A DNA stretch of 14,371 nucleotides from Candidatus Hermodarchaeota archaeon (GTDB lineage Archaea > Asgardarchaeota > Lokiarchaeia > Sigyniarchaeales > SOKP01). Numbering within the stretch: the stretch's first letter is position 1; each line of letters opens with the position of its first letter. Position numbers and translations under genes: made by a program. Below are positions 1 through 8,513 of the stretch, one piece after another. The notes beneath the pieces were generated by a model, which was not told where the DNA came from, made no database searches, and saw only the letters and a program-made list of their open reading frames with translations. Where the stretch lies: assembly GCA_048885925.1 (NCBI GenBank), contig JBHLLG010000069.1, forward strand, positions 1-14,371, written 5' to 3'.

Positions 1-24
1 AAATCTCTACTCTTCTAAAATAAT

Positions 25-1107
25 ATGGAAGAAGATCAGAATTCCAACGATAACCCCTTTTTCGAAGAAATAGTAAAAAAAACTAAAACAGGTGTTACAT
101 TTCCAAAAGAATTGAGAGAATCCCTATTTGAAGAGGATTCTGAAATATATTTTAGAATACTTGTCCCAAAAGAGAAAGATAAAATAATTTTAGAATTTTT
201 ACCTGAGAATCAAGTTAAAGAATTATCTGAAAAGCTAAAAGAGAAAAAAACTACAAAAACTAAAACTCTACAAGAAAAAAAAAAAGATGAAGGAAAAAGA
301 CATGTCGGTATTAGCCCTGCTTGGGGAGAGTATTTTGTTTATAATTTTGATGCTCAAGATAAAGTACAACCAATTTTAGAATCTGCGTTCTATAAATTTT
401 CAGAAAAGCCACTGAATTTAGAAGATGCTATGGGGCGAGTTAAATATGCTTTAGTATCATTTCTATCTTCAACAAAAACAGAAAACGCAAAATTATATTT
501 TGCTGTAGAAAAATTTTTGATAGATATTATTGAGAAATTCGATCAACCGAATTTACTTGATTGGATTTTTGAAAAAATTATTCCTAATATTGAAAGTAAA
601 TTTCTCTATGAGCTAGCACTATTAGAGTTAGTTGAAGCCAGTTTAAAGTTTAAAAGATGGGAAAAGGCAGAGATATATATCTTTTATGTTCTAAAGAATA
701 TTGATAGTTATGCGAAATCTGAAATGTATAATATCATGAATTCTTTTAAAATGCTTGTGAAGGCGGTTAAATATGTTGAAAGATCAGACAAAATCGACAT
801 TTTACTTAAAGAGAAATTATTAGAATATGGTAAAAATTTAGAGGACCCTGATTATCAAATACAAATTGTTGAATTTCTAGAAGATTTACAATACATTGAG
901 CTCGCTTACGATCTCGCGAAAAATATACAGCTAAGTTTGCCTCCAGAGAGTATGAAATTAGAAGAAGTAAGAAAATTAGTTAGAAGATTACATATTACAC
1001 CTATAAGTGAGAATAAACCTAAATCTAGCACTGCATTTGAAGAAGATGAAGGTGATGAGGAGGCTCAAGAGGATGAAATGGATGAGAAAAACAATTTTAA
1101 CGGGTAA
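25..1107 (+). CDS. Hypothetical protein: N-terminal AbrB/SpoVT/MazE-like segment, Lys-rich linker, alpha-helical (solenoid-like) body, acidic C-terminal tail
   Basis: 360-aa ORF with ATG start. The segment VKKTKTGVTFPKELRESL...EIYFRILV...KIILEF resembles the AbrB swapped-hairpin pattern (G-x-T-hydrophobic-P-K-E-x-R-E-x-L). The tail is EEDEGDEEAQEDEMDE. Domain calls are by eye. Confidence 0.6.
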   Translation: MEEDQNSNDNPFFEEIVKKTKTGVTFPKELRESLFEEDSEIYFRILVPKEKDKIILEFLPENQVKELSEKLKEKKTTKTKTLQEKKKDEGKRHVGISPAWGEYFVYNFDAQDKVQPILESAFYKFSEKPLNLEDAMGRVKYALVSFLSSTKTENAKLYFAVEKFLIDIIEKFDQPNLLDWIFEKIIPNIESKFLYELALLELVEASLKFKRWEKAEIYIFYVLKNIDSYAKSEMYNIMNSFKMLVKAVKYVERSDKIDILLKEKLLEYGKNLEDPDYQIQIVEFLEDLQYIELAYDLAKNIQLSLPPESMKLEEVRKLVRRLHITPISENKPKSSTAFEEDEGDEEAQEDEMDEKNNFNG

Positions 1108-1112
1108 TTAAA

Positions 1113-2363
1113 TTAATCTCTCTTTTCTATATCATCTTGATTTTTGACTTCCTTTAGCGTTTCTTCAATCCTTTTCTGTTCTTCTTCTTTAATTTTCTTT
1201 TCTTTTTCTTCAATAGATTTTTGTTTTAGTTCAAGTTCCACCTGTGATAACGCTTTTTCTTGCTCCATTAGCTTTTCCTTTAATTTTAAAGCCTTTTCTC
1301 GTTCTAAAATCTCTTTTTCTTCTAATTCTTTTTCCTTTTCTTCTAACTCTAACTTTTTTTTCTTAATTTCCAAATCTTTTTTCTTTAGTTCAAGTTCCTT
1401 GTCAATTATTTTTTCTTCTTTTTTCTTAAGCTTCTTAGGAATTTTTTTTTCAATATCTTCCCCTATATCACTTTCTTTTTCTAAGATTTCTTCTTTAAGT
1501 TTTAATACTTCTTCTTTCTTCTGAATTACTTTTTCTTCAATTTGTTTTTCTTTTTCTTTTAATTCCAACTTTTTCTTCTTTATCTCTAATTCTTTTTTCT
1601 TTAACTCAAATTCTTTATCTAATATTTCACTCTCTTCTTTTGACATTATTTTAGATGGTTCAACTTCTCGTTCAGGAAATTCTTTTTTCACAGTTTCTTC
1701 TTCAACAATCTCTTCTATTTTATCAACAGAAACAATAGATTTTAAAATTTGATCGATATAATCTATGATTCCTTCCTTTTCAGGGATTTCTGAAACTTCT
1801 TTAGCATAATCAGTCAATATTTTTGTGACTAACTTTGGAGTTTTTTCTCCAATTGTTTTTAAAGCTTGAATTGCTTTTTCAATAACAAAATCCTTTTCAT
1901 CAGATAGTTTCATTATTATAACTTTTATTAAAGCTTCATCATCAATAATAGCTTCTCCACTAACCATGTAGATTATTATCTGTAATGCAGCTTCTCGAAC
2001 ATTGGGATCTTCTGAATTCAACAAATCTTCGCTATAGGGAAGGAATAAATCACATTCCTTTTCACAAATAGTTTTTATTAATAATAAAAATGTATATCGT
2101 AATACAGAATCTTTTTTTGATAAATTTTCTAATAATGATGGTAGATCAATTATTAGATTTTCCATTAAGAAGCGTATCACAGTACGACCACCATGTAAAG
2201 TTAATAGAGTTTCAATTACATTTTCCAGTCTATCTAAATAATCTTTTTCATCAGCATCTCCTATATAAAGCCCTATTGTTTGGACGGCATCATCAAATCT
2301 CCCATCATTTACAAAATCCTTTATTTGAGTTATCTCTATAGCTTCTCTTTCAACATCATTCAT
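1113..2363 (-). CDS. HEAT/ARM-repeat protein with a long Lys/Glu-rich coiled-coil C-terminal half
   Basis: HEAT-like units such as LLNSEDPNVREAALQII and KLSDEKDFVIEKAIQALKTIG. The C-terminal ~190 aa are dominated by E/K/L/I. SD AGGTGA (minus strand, 2371-2376) lies 7 nt before the ATG at 2363; the ORF track start at 2366 is a TTG one codon upstream. Confidence 0.75.
   Translation of the reverse strand: MNDVEREAIEITQIKDFVNDGRFDDAVQTIGLYIGDADEKDYLDRLENVIETLLTLHGGRTVIRFLMENLIIDLPSLLENLSKKDSVLRYTFLLLIKTICEKECDLFLPYSEDLLNSEDPNVREAALQIIIYMVSGEAIIDDEALIKVIIMKLSDEKDFVIEKAIQALKTIGEKTPKLVTKILTDYAKEVSEIPEKEGIIDYIDQILKSIVSVDKIEEIVEEETVKKEFPEREVEPSKIMSKEESEILDKEFELKKKELEIKKKKLELKEKEKQIEEKVIQKKEEVLKLKEEILEKESDIGEDIEKKIPKKLKKKEEKIIDKELELKKKDLEIKKKKLELEEKEKELEEKEILEREKALKLKEKLMEQEKALSQVELELKQKSIEEKEKKIKEEEQKRIEETLKEVKNQDDIEKRD
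1257..1640 (-). repeat. Internal 72-codon (216 nt) period duplication in the coiled-coil region
   Basis: ILDKEFELKKKELEIKKKKLELKEKEKQIEEK...LKLKEEILEKE versus IIDKELELKKKDLEIKKKKLELEEKEKELEEK...LKLKEKLMEQE. The equivalent Asp codons start at 1619 and 1403. Boundaries are approximate. Confidence 0.8.
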
Positions 2364-2393
2364 CAAAATATCACCTTTTTTTAATTATTACTT

Positions 2394-3347
2394 CTATACC
2401 CAAATGATATAAAATTCATTATAAATTCGAGTTATAAAATTGAAAATTAGTTTTAGATCTCTAAATCTTAACTTTAATTTATCGCCTTCTTCATCATAGG
2501 TATTAGTTAAAAGACCTATATTCAAAATAATTTCTAAATTTTGATTTTTATCTATATTTAAATTAATCTGTTCACAATATTGAGTTAAGGCATTAAGATC
2601 TTCCCAAAAAGTATTCCAAAAATATTGATCAGCTTTAGAATTATCAATATTTATTGGTTCTTTTGAAATTCTGGTTAAAACATCATATGGAACTTTAAGT
2701 GTAATTTCCATATGTTTAGAGGGAATATATGTTAAATCTACCTCAGGAAAATATATAGAGGCATAAAGTTTACAAATACCATGTAATAATTCTAGGCTTG
2801 CAATATTTTCACGATTAGCATTACAAATAACACAATTTTCATTTAAAAAGACAACATGAAGACGATCTTCAAATTTGAAAATTATATAGTTGTCTACCAT
2901 TAAATAATTAAATTTTTCATTTCTGTTATGAATTCTATCATCAAAAATCTTGAATATATCTTCCCATTTCTTAAAAGAAATGAATTTATTTAATTTACGA
3001 TAATCGCCATGGAAAAAGATATCTAAAAAGTCAATTATATATAAATATGCATCAAAAGGCCTATAAATTACAGTTTTATTTCTAAAAAACCTTTCAACCA
3101 CGCCTTTATGGACACTATAACAAAATTTTGGTAAATCATCTAAACTTAATCCACTTTTAATACGCATTTTGATCAAAAACCTACGTGTACAAAGTGGTGT
3201 CAATGTACAGAGAATTCTGTCAATTTGGCACTCTTCAAAACATAATTTATCTATTCTCTTCCTTAATAAATCTAGTAATTCTGATTTAGCTTTACTATCT
3301 GCTTCATTGTCCAAAAATTTTAAAATATGACTTGGTTGTAGTGGCAT
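2394..3347 (-). CDS. Hypothetical protein with N-terminal Cys cluster (possible metal-binding domain)
   Basis: 317-aa ORF with C36-x3-C40-x6-C47-x5-C53...C76-x3-H80 and a later CxxC (CVIC). It ends about 30 nt before the HEAT gene on the same strand, so the two are probably co-transcribed. Confidence 0.65.
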   Translation of the reverse strand: MPLQPSHILKFLDNEADSKAKSELLDLLRKRIDKLCFEECQIDRILCTLTPLCTRRFLIKMRIKSGLSLDDLPKFCYSVHKGVVERFFRNKTVIYRPFDAYLYIIDFLDIFFHGDYRKLNKFISFKKWEDIFKIFDDRIHNRNEKFNYLMVDNYIIFKFEDRLHVVFLNENCVICNANRENIASLELLHGICKLYASIYFPEVDLTYIPSKHMEITLKVPYDVLTRISKEPINIDNSKADQYFWNTFWEDLNALTQYCEQINLNIDKNQNLEIILNIGLLTNTYDEEGDKLKLRFRDLKLIFNFITRIYNEFYIIWV

Positions 3348-3553
3348 CTTCGAAATTCAAATTTAATGTTTTTATTCTCTCATTCTAATTTAACAAAAAA
3401 AATAGGAATTTAATATTCTTTATTATTTTACTAAATAAAAATTTAAAATGATTAAAATTTGTATTCAATTAATCATAAAGAATTATTAATTAGTTTTTCT
3501 TTTTTACTAATAAATATAAACACTTCCTACTTAATCAACTAGGTCTATAGAAT

Positions 3554-5134
3554 ATGATAAGACAAATACATATCTTTTTAGAATCAGAACTCTTGTTTGT
3601 TAAAGATTATGCAAGAGCTCTTGGAACAGAAGAATTAACTAATGTTAAGAAAATAATACAAAAATACATAGATATGCCTATGCCAGGGAAAACATTTCAA
3701 CGTGCTGTTTCAAATTTTCAAATTTTTCATAGAGCCTCAGGTAATTTATATTTTCTCTTTATAACTGATTTAGTTGATTCACTTCAATACATTGAATCGA
3801 TAATAATAAAAATTATCGAAAAGGTTAAAGAATTATTTCCTAATCCCAAGGATATAAATGGATCTGGCCCAGCTAATAATGAATTTAATGAATTGTTGGA
3901 TCAGATTCAAAGAGAGCTCCATTCAAAAATTACCATAATTGGACCAGTTAATTCAGGCAAAACAACGCTTTATAAATTGTTAAAAAATGGTGAAGATAAA
4001 ACTATTATGGATTTTGCTAGAACATCAACTTTTGAAATAGATGGGCTCTATTTTGACATATGGGATTTCCAGATCAGAGATAATTTTTCTCCATTATGGT
4101 CAAAATTTGTAAGCGGTTCTGACTTAATAATCGTATTATTTAACCTAGCGAATTATAACTTAAAAATAATCAATTATTTTTTAGATATACAAAAATTAAA
4201 TAGTAATTATTCAAAATTATTGATAGTTGGAAATAAAAGAGATTTAGTTGAGGAACATGATATTAAAAGAATAAAAAATGAATTAAATCTTTCTGATTTT
4301 AAAGAGCTTTCCTTAAATTCTTTTGATGCTAAATCTCAAGTTCTCCAATCTATTAGGGAGGCTCTAGATTTAAAGAAAAACTTGCCTTCTAACTTTGAGT
4401 CATTAGTAAAAGAAGCTGATAATTTGGTTTTAGAAGGAAAAAAAGTTCAAGCATTAGCAAAGTATAAAGAATTAATTTTTATAAGTGAGTCTTATCAAAA
4501 TATTATCTATACCAAGAATTTAGAGAAAAAGATTCAAGATGTAAGCAAAAAAATTCAAAAAGAAAGTGAAAAAAGAAAAGAAATTGATAAAGAAAAAGAT
4601 TTCGAAATGGCAAAACCATTATTATTTAAAAGAAGGATTACTGTTAAACCACTTCCCAGTTTAGAATCCTCGGATCAACCTCAAGAACAAGCAGAAGTTA
4701 TGGAAGAAATATCACCTGTCCCTCAAAAACCTGCCCAAAAATTAGTTTCATTTCAAAAATTAGAAAAAGAAATAGAGATCAAGCTCCCCAAAATACCTAA
4801 GCCTCCTTTAAAAATCATTAAAACTATATCAGCTCCTAAAGATGAAAGTAAAAAGGTTGAGCCTACAAAAACTATAGAACAAAAACCAAAAGCGAAAATG
4901 CCAATGGAACTTTTTGGTACACATAAAGATCTGAAGAAAGATATAGATAAGTCAATGGTAATTGATTATACTAAAGAATTACAAAGGATTATAACTCAAA
5001 AGGGTAGTTCTTTAAGCTTAAAGCTGTGCCATAATCTAATAAATGAATTAGAAAGTTCACTAGGAAGACCATTAACAATTGAGGATGTTGAGCTAGCTGC
5101 TGAATTCTTCGTTAAGCAAGAAAAGGAAACCTAA
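3554..5134 (+). CDS. Multidomain small GTPase (Ras superfamily): longin-like N-terminus, G domain, helical bundle, Pro/Lys-rich linker, small C-terminal helical domain
   Basis: G1 GPVNSGKTT (aa130, nt 3941), G2-like KTI, degenerate G3 IWDFQI (D171), G4 GNKRD (N227), G5-like ELSL. The N-terminal ~120 aa show a longin-like pattern (IRQIHIF...LLFVKDY...FQIFHR..GNLYFLFITD followed by helices). Confidence 0.8.
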   Translation: MIRQIHIFLESELLFVKDYARALGTEELTNVKKIIQKYIDMPMPGKTFQRAVSNFQIFHRASGNLYFLFITDLVDSLQYIESIIIKIIEKVKELFPNPKDINGSGPANNEFNELLDQIQRELHSKITIIGPVNSGKTTLYKLLKNGEDKTIMDFARTSTFEIDGLYFDIWDFQIRDNFSPLWSKFVSGSDLIIVLFNLANYNLKIINYFLDIQKLNSNYSKLLIVGNKRDLVEEHDIKRIKNELNLSDFKELSLNSFDAKSQVLQSIREALDLKKNLPSNFESLVKEADNLVLEGKKVQALAKYKELIFISESYQNIIYTKNLEKKIQDVSKKIQKESEKRKEIDKEKDFEMAKPLLFKRRITVKPLPSLESSDQPQEQAEVMEEISPVPQKPAQKLVSFQKLEKEIEIKLPKIPKPPLKIIKTISAPKDESKKVEPTKTIEQKPKAKMPMELFGTHKDLKKDIDKSMVIDYTKELQRIITQKGSSLSLKLCHNLINELESSLGRPLTIEDVELAAEFFVKQEKET

Positions 5135-5266
5135 ATATAAGAATCAATAATTTCGTGTTATTAGTTCAATAAAAGTTCATAACCTACTTCTATTAAAATT
5201 ATTTAATATTAAAATTAATCATATAAAAATCATTTAATAATTAAAATACAAATTGATGATCTTAAA

Positions 5267-6760
5267 ATGAATGTAATGAAAGAACTTAGAGATTACTTTA
5301 GCGAAATTATCAGATTAAATTATATACTTGCACTATTGGGATGGGATCAACAAGTTAATATGATGGCTTATAAAAATATTGAAGGGAGATCAGAACAAAT
5401 GGCACTTATAACAAAGCTTGTTCACAATAGATTAGTCTCAGAAAAGGCAGGAAAAATAATCGACCAAGCAACAAAACTTAAAGATCTTGATGATATTGAT
5501 ACTGCTATGGTACGAGAAGCAAAAAGAGCCTATGATCAAGAAACCAAGTTACCAGAAGATTTAGTTGTTGAAATCCAAAAAACTGCCGCATTAGCACAAC
5601 AAACTTGGCAAAAAGCTAGAAAAAATAATGATTTCAAATCATTTATTCCTTTATTAGAAAAAACCTTAGAATTACAAAAAGAAAAAGCAGCAAAACTTGA
5701 AACGCACCCAGATCTATATTCTACTTTAATTGATTTGTATGAACCTGGTGCCACTTATGAATGGATTGCGAATATTTTTAACCCCATAAAACCAAAATTA
5801 ATCAACTTTGTCAAAAAACTAGATTCTGCTCCTAATAAACCAAATAATGCGATATTTGATAAACAATTTGATCCAAATAAACAATATGAATTAAGTTATG
5901 AAATTCTTAAAAAATTAAATTATAATTTTGAAGGCGGGCGACAAGATAGATCTACACACCCTTTTACTACATCATTGGGAGCATTAGATGTAAGAGTAAC
6001 TACCAGAACTACAGAACCCTTTCCAGCGTGTATCACAGGAACTATACATGAATGTGGCCATGCTCTTTATGAAATGGGAATAATGAAAGAATTACATGAT
6101 ACAATTTTATGTACTGGTACTTCAATGGGGATACATGAATCTCAATCAAGAATGTGGGAAAATGTCGTGGGAAGAAGTAAAGAATTTTGGATATATTGGT
6201 ATCCAACTTTTCAAAAATATTTTCCTGAACATTTAAAAGATTATCCTATGGAAGATTTTCATAGAGCTATTAATTTTATTCACCCCTCATTTATAAGAGT
6301 AGAAGCAGATGAGGTAACTTATGGTTTACATATTATTTTGAGATTTGAAATTGAGAAAGATCTCATTGATGGCAAGATTAGTGTAAGTGAACTACCTGAA
6401 ATATGGAATTCTCGATTTGAAAAGCTCTTAGGAATTATTCCTCCAAATGATACATTAGGAGTATTGCAAGATACTCATTGGGGAAGTGGATACATTGGAT
6501 ACTTTCCTACCTATTTTCTGGGCAATCTTTATTGTGCTCAGATATATAATAGAGCTTTAAAAAAGATGCCACATTTACCTGAGGATTATAAAAAAGGTGA
6601 ATTTTCAAATTTATTAAATTATCTTCGGGAAAATATTCACCAATATGGAGCTATTTACAGAGCTAATGACTTAATAAATAGAGTTACAGGTGAAGATTTG
6701 AATCCAGAATACTTTATGAAATATCTTGAGAATAAATATTACCCTATTTATAGCTTATAA
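5267..6760 (+). CDS. Carboxypeptidase, peptidase family M32 (carboxypeptidase Taq/Pfu type), copy 1
   Basis: All M32 motifs are present: LLGWDQ, HPF, DVRVT, HECGHALYE, HESQSR, IRVEADE, GVLQDTHW, GYFPTY. Confidence 0.96.
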   Translation: MNVMKELRDYFSEIIRLNYILALLGWDQQVNMMAYKNIEGRSEQMALITKLVHNRLVSEKAGKIIDQATKLKDLDDIDTAMVREAKRAYDQETKLPEDLVVEIQKTAALAQQTWQKARKNNDFKSFIPLLEKTLELQKEKAAKLETHPDLYSTLIDLYEPGATYEWIANIFNPIKPKLINFVKKLDSAPNKPNNAIFDKQFDPNKQYELSYEILKKLNYNFEGGRQDRSTHPFTTSLGALDVRVTTRTTEPFPACITGTIHECGHALYEMGIMKELHDTILCTGTSMGIHESQSRMWENVVGRSKEFWIYWYPTFQKYFPEHLKDYPMEDFHRAINFIHPSFIRVEADEVTYGLHIILRFEIEKDLIDGKISVSELPEIWNSRFEKLLGIIPPNDTLGVLQDTHWGSGYIGYFPTYFLGNLYCAQIYNRALKKMPHLPEDYKKGEFSNLLNYLRENIHQYGAIYRANDLINRVTGEDLNPEYFMKYLENKYYPIYSL

Positions 6761-6761
6761 A

Positions 6762-6800
6762 TTTCTAATTTTCTTTTACTTCCTAAAATTCTTTTTTTTA
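6762..6800 (+). terminator. Probable archaeal oligo-T terminator
   Basis: T-rich tract TTTCTAATTTTCTTTT...TTCTTTTTTTT immediately after the stop codon. Confidence 0.45.
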
Positions 6801-6915
6801 TTATTCTTCTTTAAAAAATGATATTATTATTAATATTAAAACCAAAATTATTTGTAAAATGTTGTCTAAAATTTTCAAAATATATTTAGAACATTCATAG
6901 AAAATGGATTAAATT

Positions 6916-8409
6916 ATGAATGCTATGAAAGAACTTTGGACTTATTTTAACGAAATAATGAAATTAAATTACATTAAAGCTCTTTTAAGTTGGGATCAAC
7001 AAGTTAGTATGCCTAAAGGGTCGGTTAAACGAAGGGCTGAACAATTAGCATTAATGCAAAATTTAATTCACACAAGAATAAAATCAAATAAAACTGGTGA
7101 ATTAATTAGGAACGCTGAAATAATAAGTAATCTCAATGAAACCGATTTAGCTTTGATAAGAGAAGCAAAACGAGAATATGAACAAGCAATCAGAATCCCT
7201 GATGATTTAATAACTGAAGTCACTAAAACAGCATCTTTAGGTTATATTGAATGGGAAAAAGCAAGAAAGAAGAGTGATTTTTCAATTTTTCAGCCTTATC
7301 TGGAAAAAATGATAAAATTACAGATAGAATATGCCGAGAAATTAGATACTGGACCAACTTTATATTCAAATCTAATTGATTTGTATGAGCCAGGAGCAAC
7401 TTATGAGTGGATCTCAAAAATCTTTAAAGATCTTAAACCTAAATTAATTAAAATCGTTGATAAGCTAAGTAAATCGTCTAACAAACCGGATCAATCAATC
7501 TTAAAGAAACATTTTGATCCTGAAAAACAATGGCAATTAAGTCTTGACATAATTAAAAAGTTAAATTTTGATTTTAATACTGGACGTCAAGATAAATCAA
7601 CTCATCCTTTTACAATTTCTTTATCATCAATTGATACTAGAATAACAACAAGAATACGAGAAAATTTTCTAATAGATTGTCTATTTTCAACAATTCATGA
7701 ATGTGGTCATGCTCTTTATTATATGGGATTCAAAGAAGAGATTCATGATTCTCTCTTGGCAGGATCATGTTCATATGGAATTGGTGAGTCTCAATCAAGA
7801 ACATGGGAAAATTTAATTGGACGTAGTAAAGAATTTTGGATGTATTGGTATCCAATTTTTCAAAATGCTTTTCCAGAAAACTTAAAAAACTATCCAATGG
7901 AAGAATTTTATAGATCAATAAATGTTGTTCAACCTTCATTTATTAGAGTCGATGCAGATGAAGTTACTTATGGATTACATGTTATATTACGATTTGAAAT
8001 TGAGAAAATGATTATTGAAGAAAACCTCCAAGTAAATGAGTTACCTGCAGTGTGGAATGAAGAAATGGAGGGGTTACTGGGGATTAATCCTCCAATTGAT
8101 GCTTTGGGAGTATTACAGGATGCTCATTGGTCTAGTGGCGGATTTGGGTATTTTCCTACTTATGTACTTGGAAATCTCTATGCCACTCAGATTTATAACA
8201 AAGCTCTAAAAATTTATCCATCTCTTTTAGAAGATTATAAAAAAGGTGAATTTTCGAATATTTTAAATTATCTAAGAAAAGAAATTTATCAGTACGGAAA
8301 GATATTTAGGGCACGTGATTTAATTAAAAGAATTACTGGAGAAGATTTAAATCCAGACTATTTTATTAAATACATTGAGGATAAATTTTATCCCATCTAT
8401 GGTTTTTAA
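6916..8409 (+). CDS. Carboxypeptidase M32, copy 2 (tandem paralogue with variant HES motif)
   Basis: LLSWDQ, HPF, DTRIT, HECGH, GESQSR (H->G), IRVDADE, GVLQDAHW, GYFPTY. Same length as copy 1 (497 aa) and collinear with it. Confidence 0.95.
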   Translation: MNAMKELWTYFNEIMKLNYIKALLSWDQQVSMPKGSVKRRAEQLALMQNLIHTRIKSNKTGELIRNAEIISNLNETDLALIREAKREYEQAIRIPDDLITEVTKTASLGYIEWEKARKKSDFSIFQPYLEKMIKLQIEYAEKLDTGPTLYSNLIDLYEPGATYEWISKIFKDLKPKLIKIVDKLSKSSNKPDQSILKKHFDPEKQWQLSLDIIKKLNFDFNTGRQDKSTHPFTISLSSIDTRITTRIRENFLIDCLFSTIHECGHALYYMGFKEEIHDSLLAGSCSYGIGESQSRTWENLIGRSKEFWMYWYPIFQNAFPENLKNYPMEEFYRSINVVQPSFIRVDADEVTYGLHVILRFEIEKMIIEENLQVNELPAVWNEEMEGLLGINPPIDALGVLQDAHWSSGGFGYFPTYVLGNLYATQIYNKALKIYPSLLEDYKKGEFSNILNYLRKEIYQYGKIFRARDLIKRITGEDLNPDYFIKYIEDKFYPIYGF

Positions 8410-8413
8410 ATAA

Positions 8414-8430
8414 TTCTTTTTTTTCTTATT
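8414..8430 (+). terminator. Probable oligo-T terminator
   Basis: A run of about 8 T directly after the stop of M32 copy 2. Confidence 0.45.
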
Positions 8431-8513
8431 AAAGGATGTGGTAAAACTTTAGTTATATATCATCTTAAATTTAAAAAAAGAATAATAAAAGGAGTATTTA
8501 GAGTGAGAATTTT

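Noticed and set aside
1144-1524. 126-aa Ser/Phe-rich ORF on +
   Set aside because: Antisense shadow of the Lys/Glu-rich coiled-coil codons.
2090-2341. 83-aa ORF on +
   Set aside because: Antisense to the HEAT protein, with no recognisable motifs.
3348-3553. TATA-like and short palindromic sequences in AT-rich intergenic regions (also 5135-5266, 13628-13761)
   Set aside because: Too AT-rich to tell real elements from chance. No tRNA, ncRNA or CRISPR-like repeat structure is visible.
3554-5134. SRP receptor alpha (longin + GTPase)
   Set aside because: The G domain is Ras-like (NKxD) and lacks the SIMIBI motifs DTFRAAA, DTAGR and TKxD.
5536-7939. Short minus-strand ORFs (5536-5754, 7223-7417, 7730-7939)
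   Set aside because: Antisense to well-supported M32 genes and not conserved between the two paralogues.
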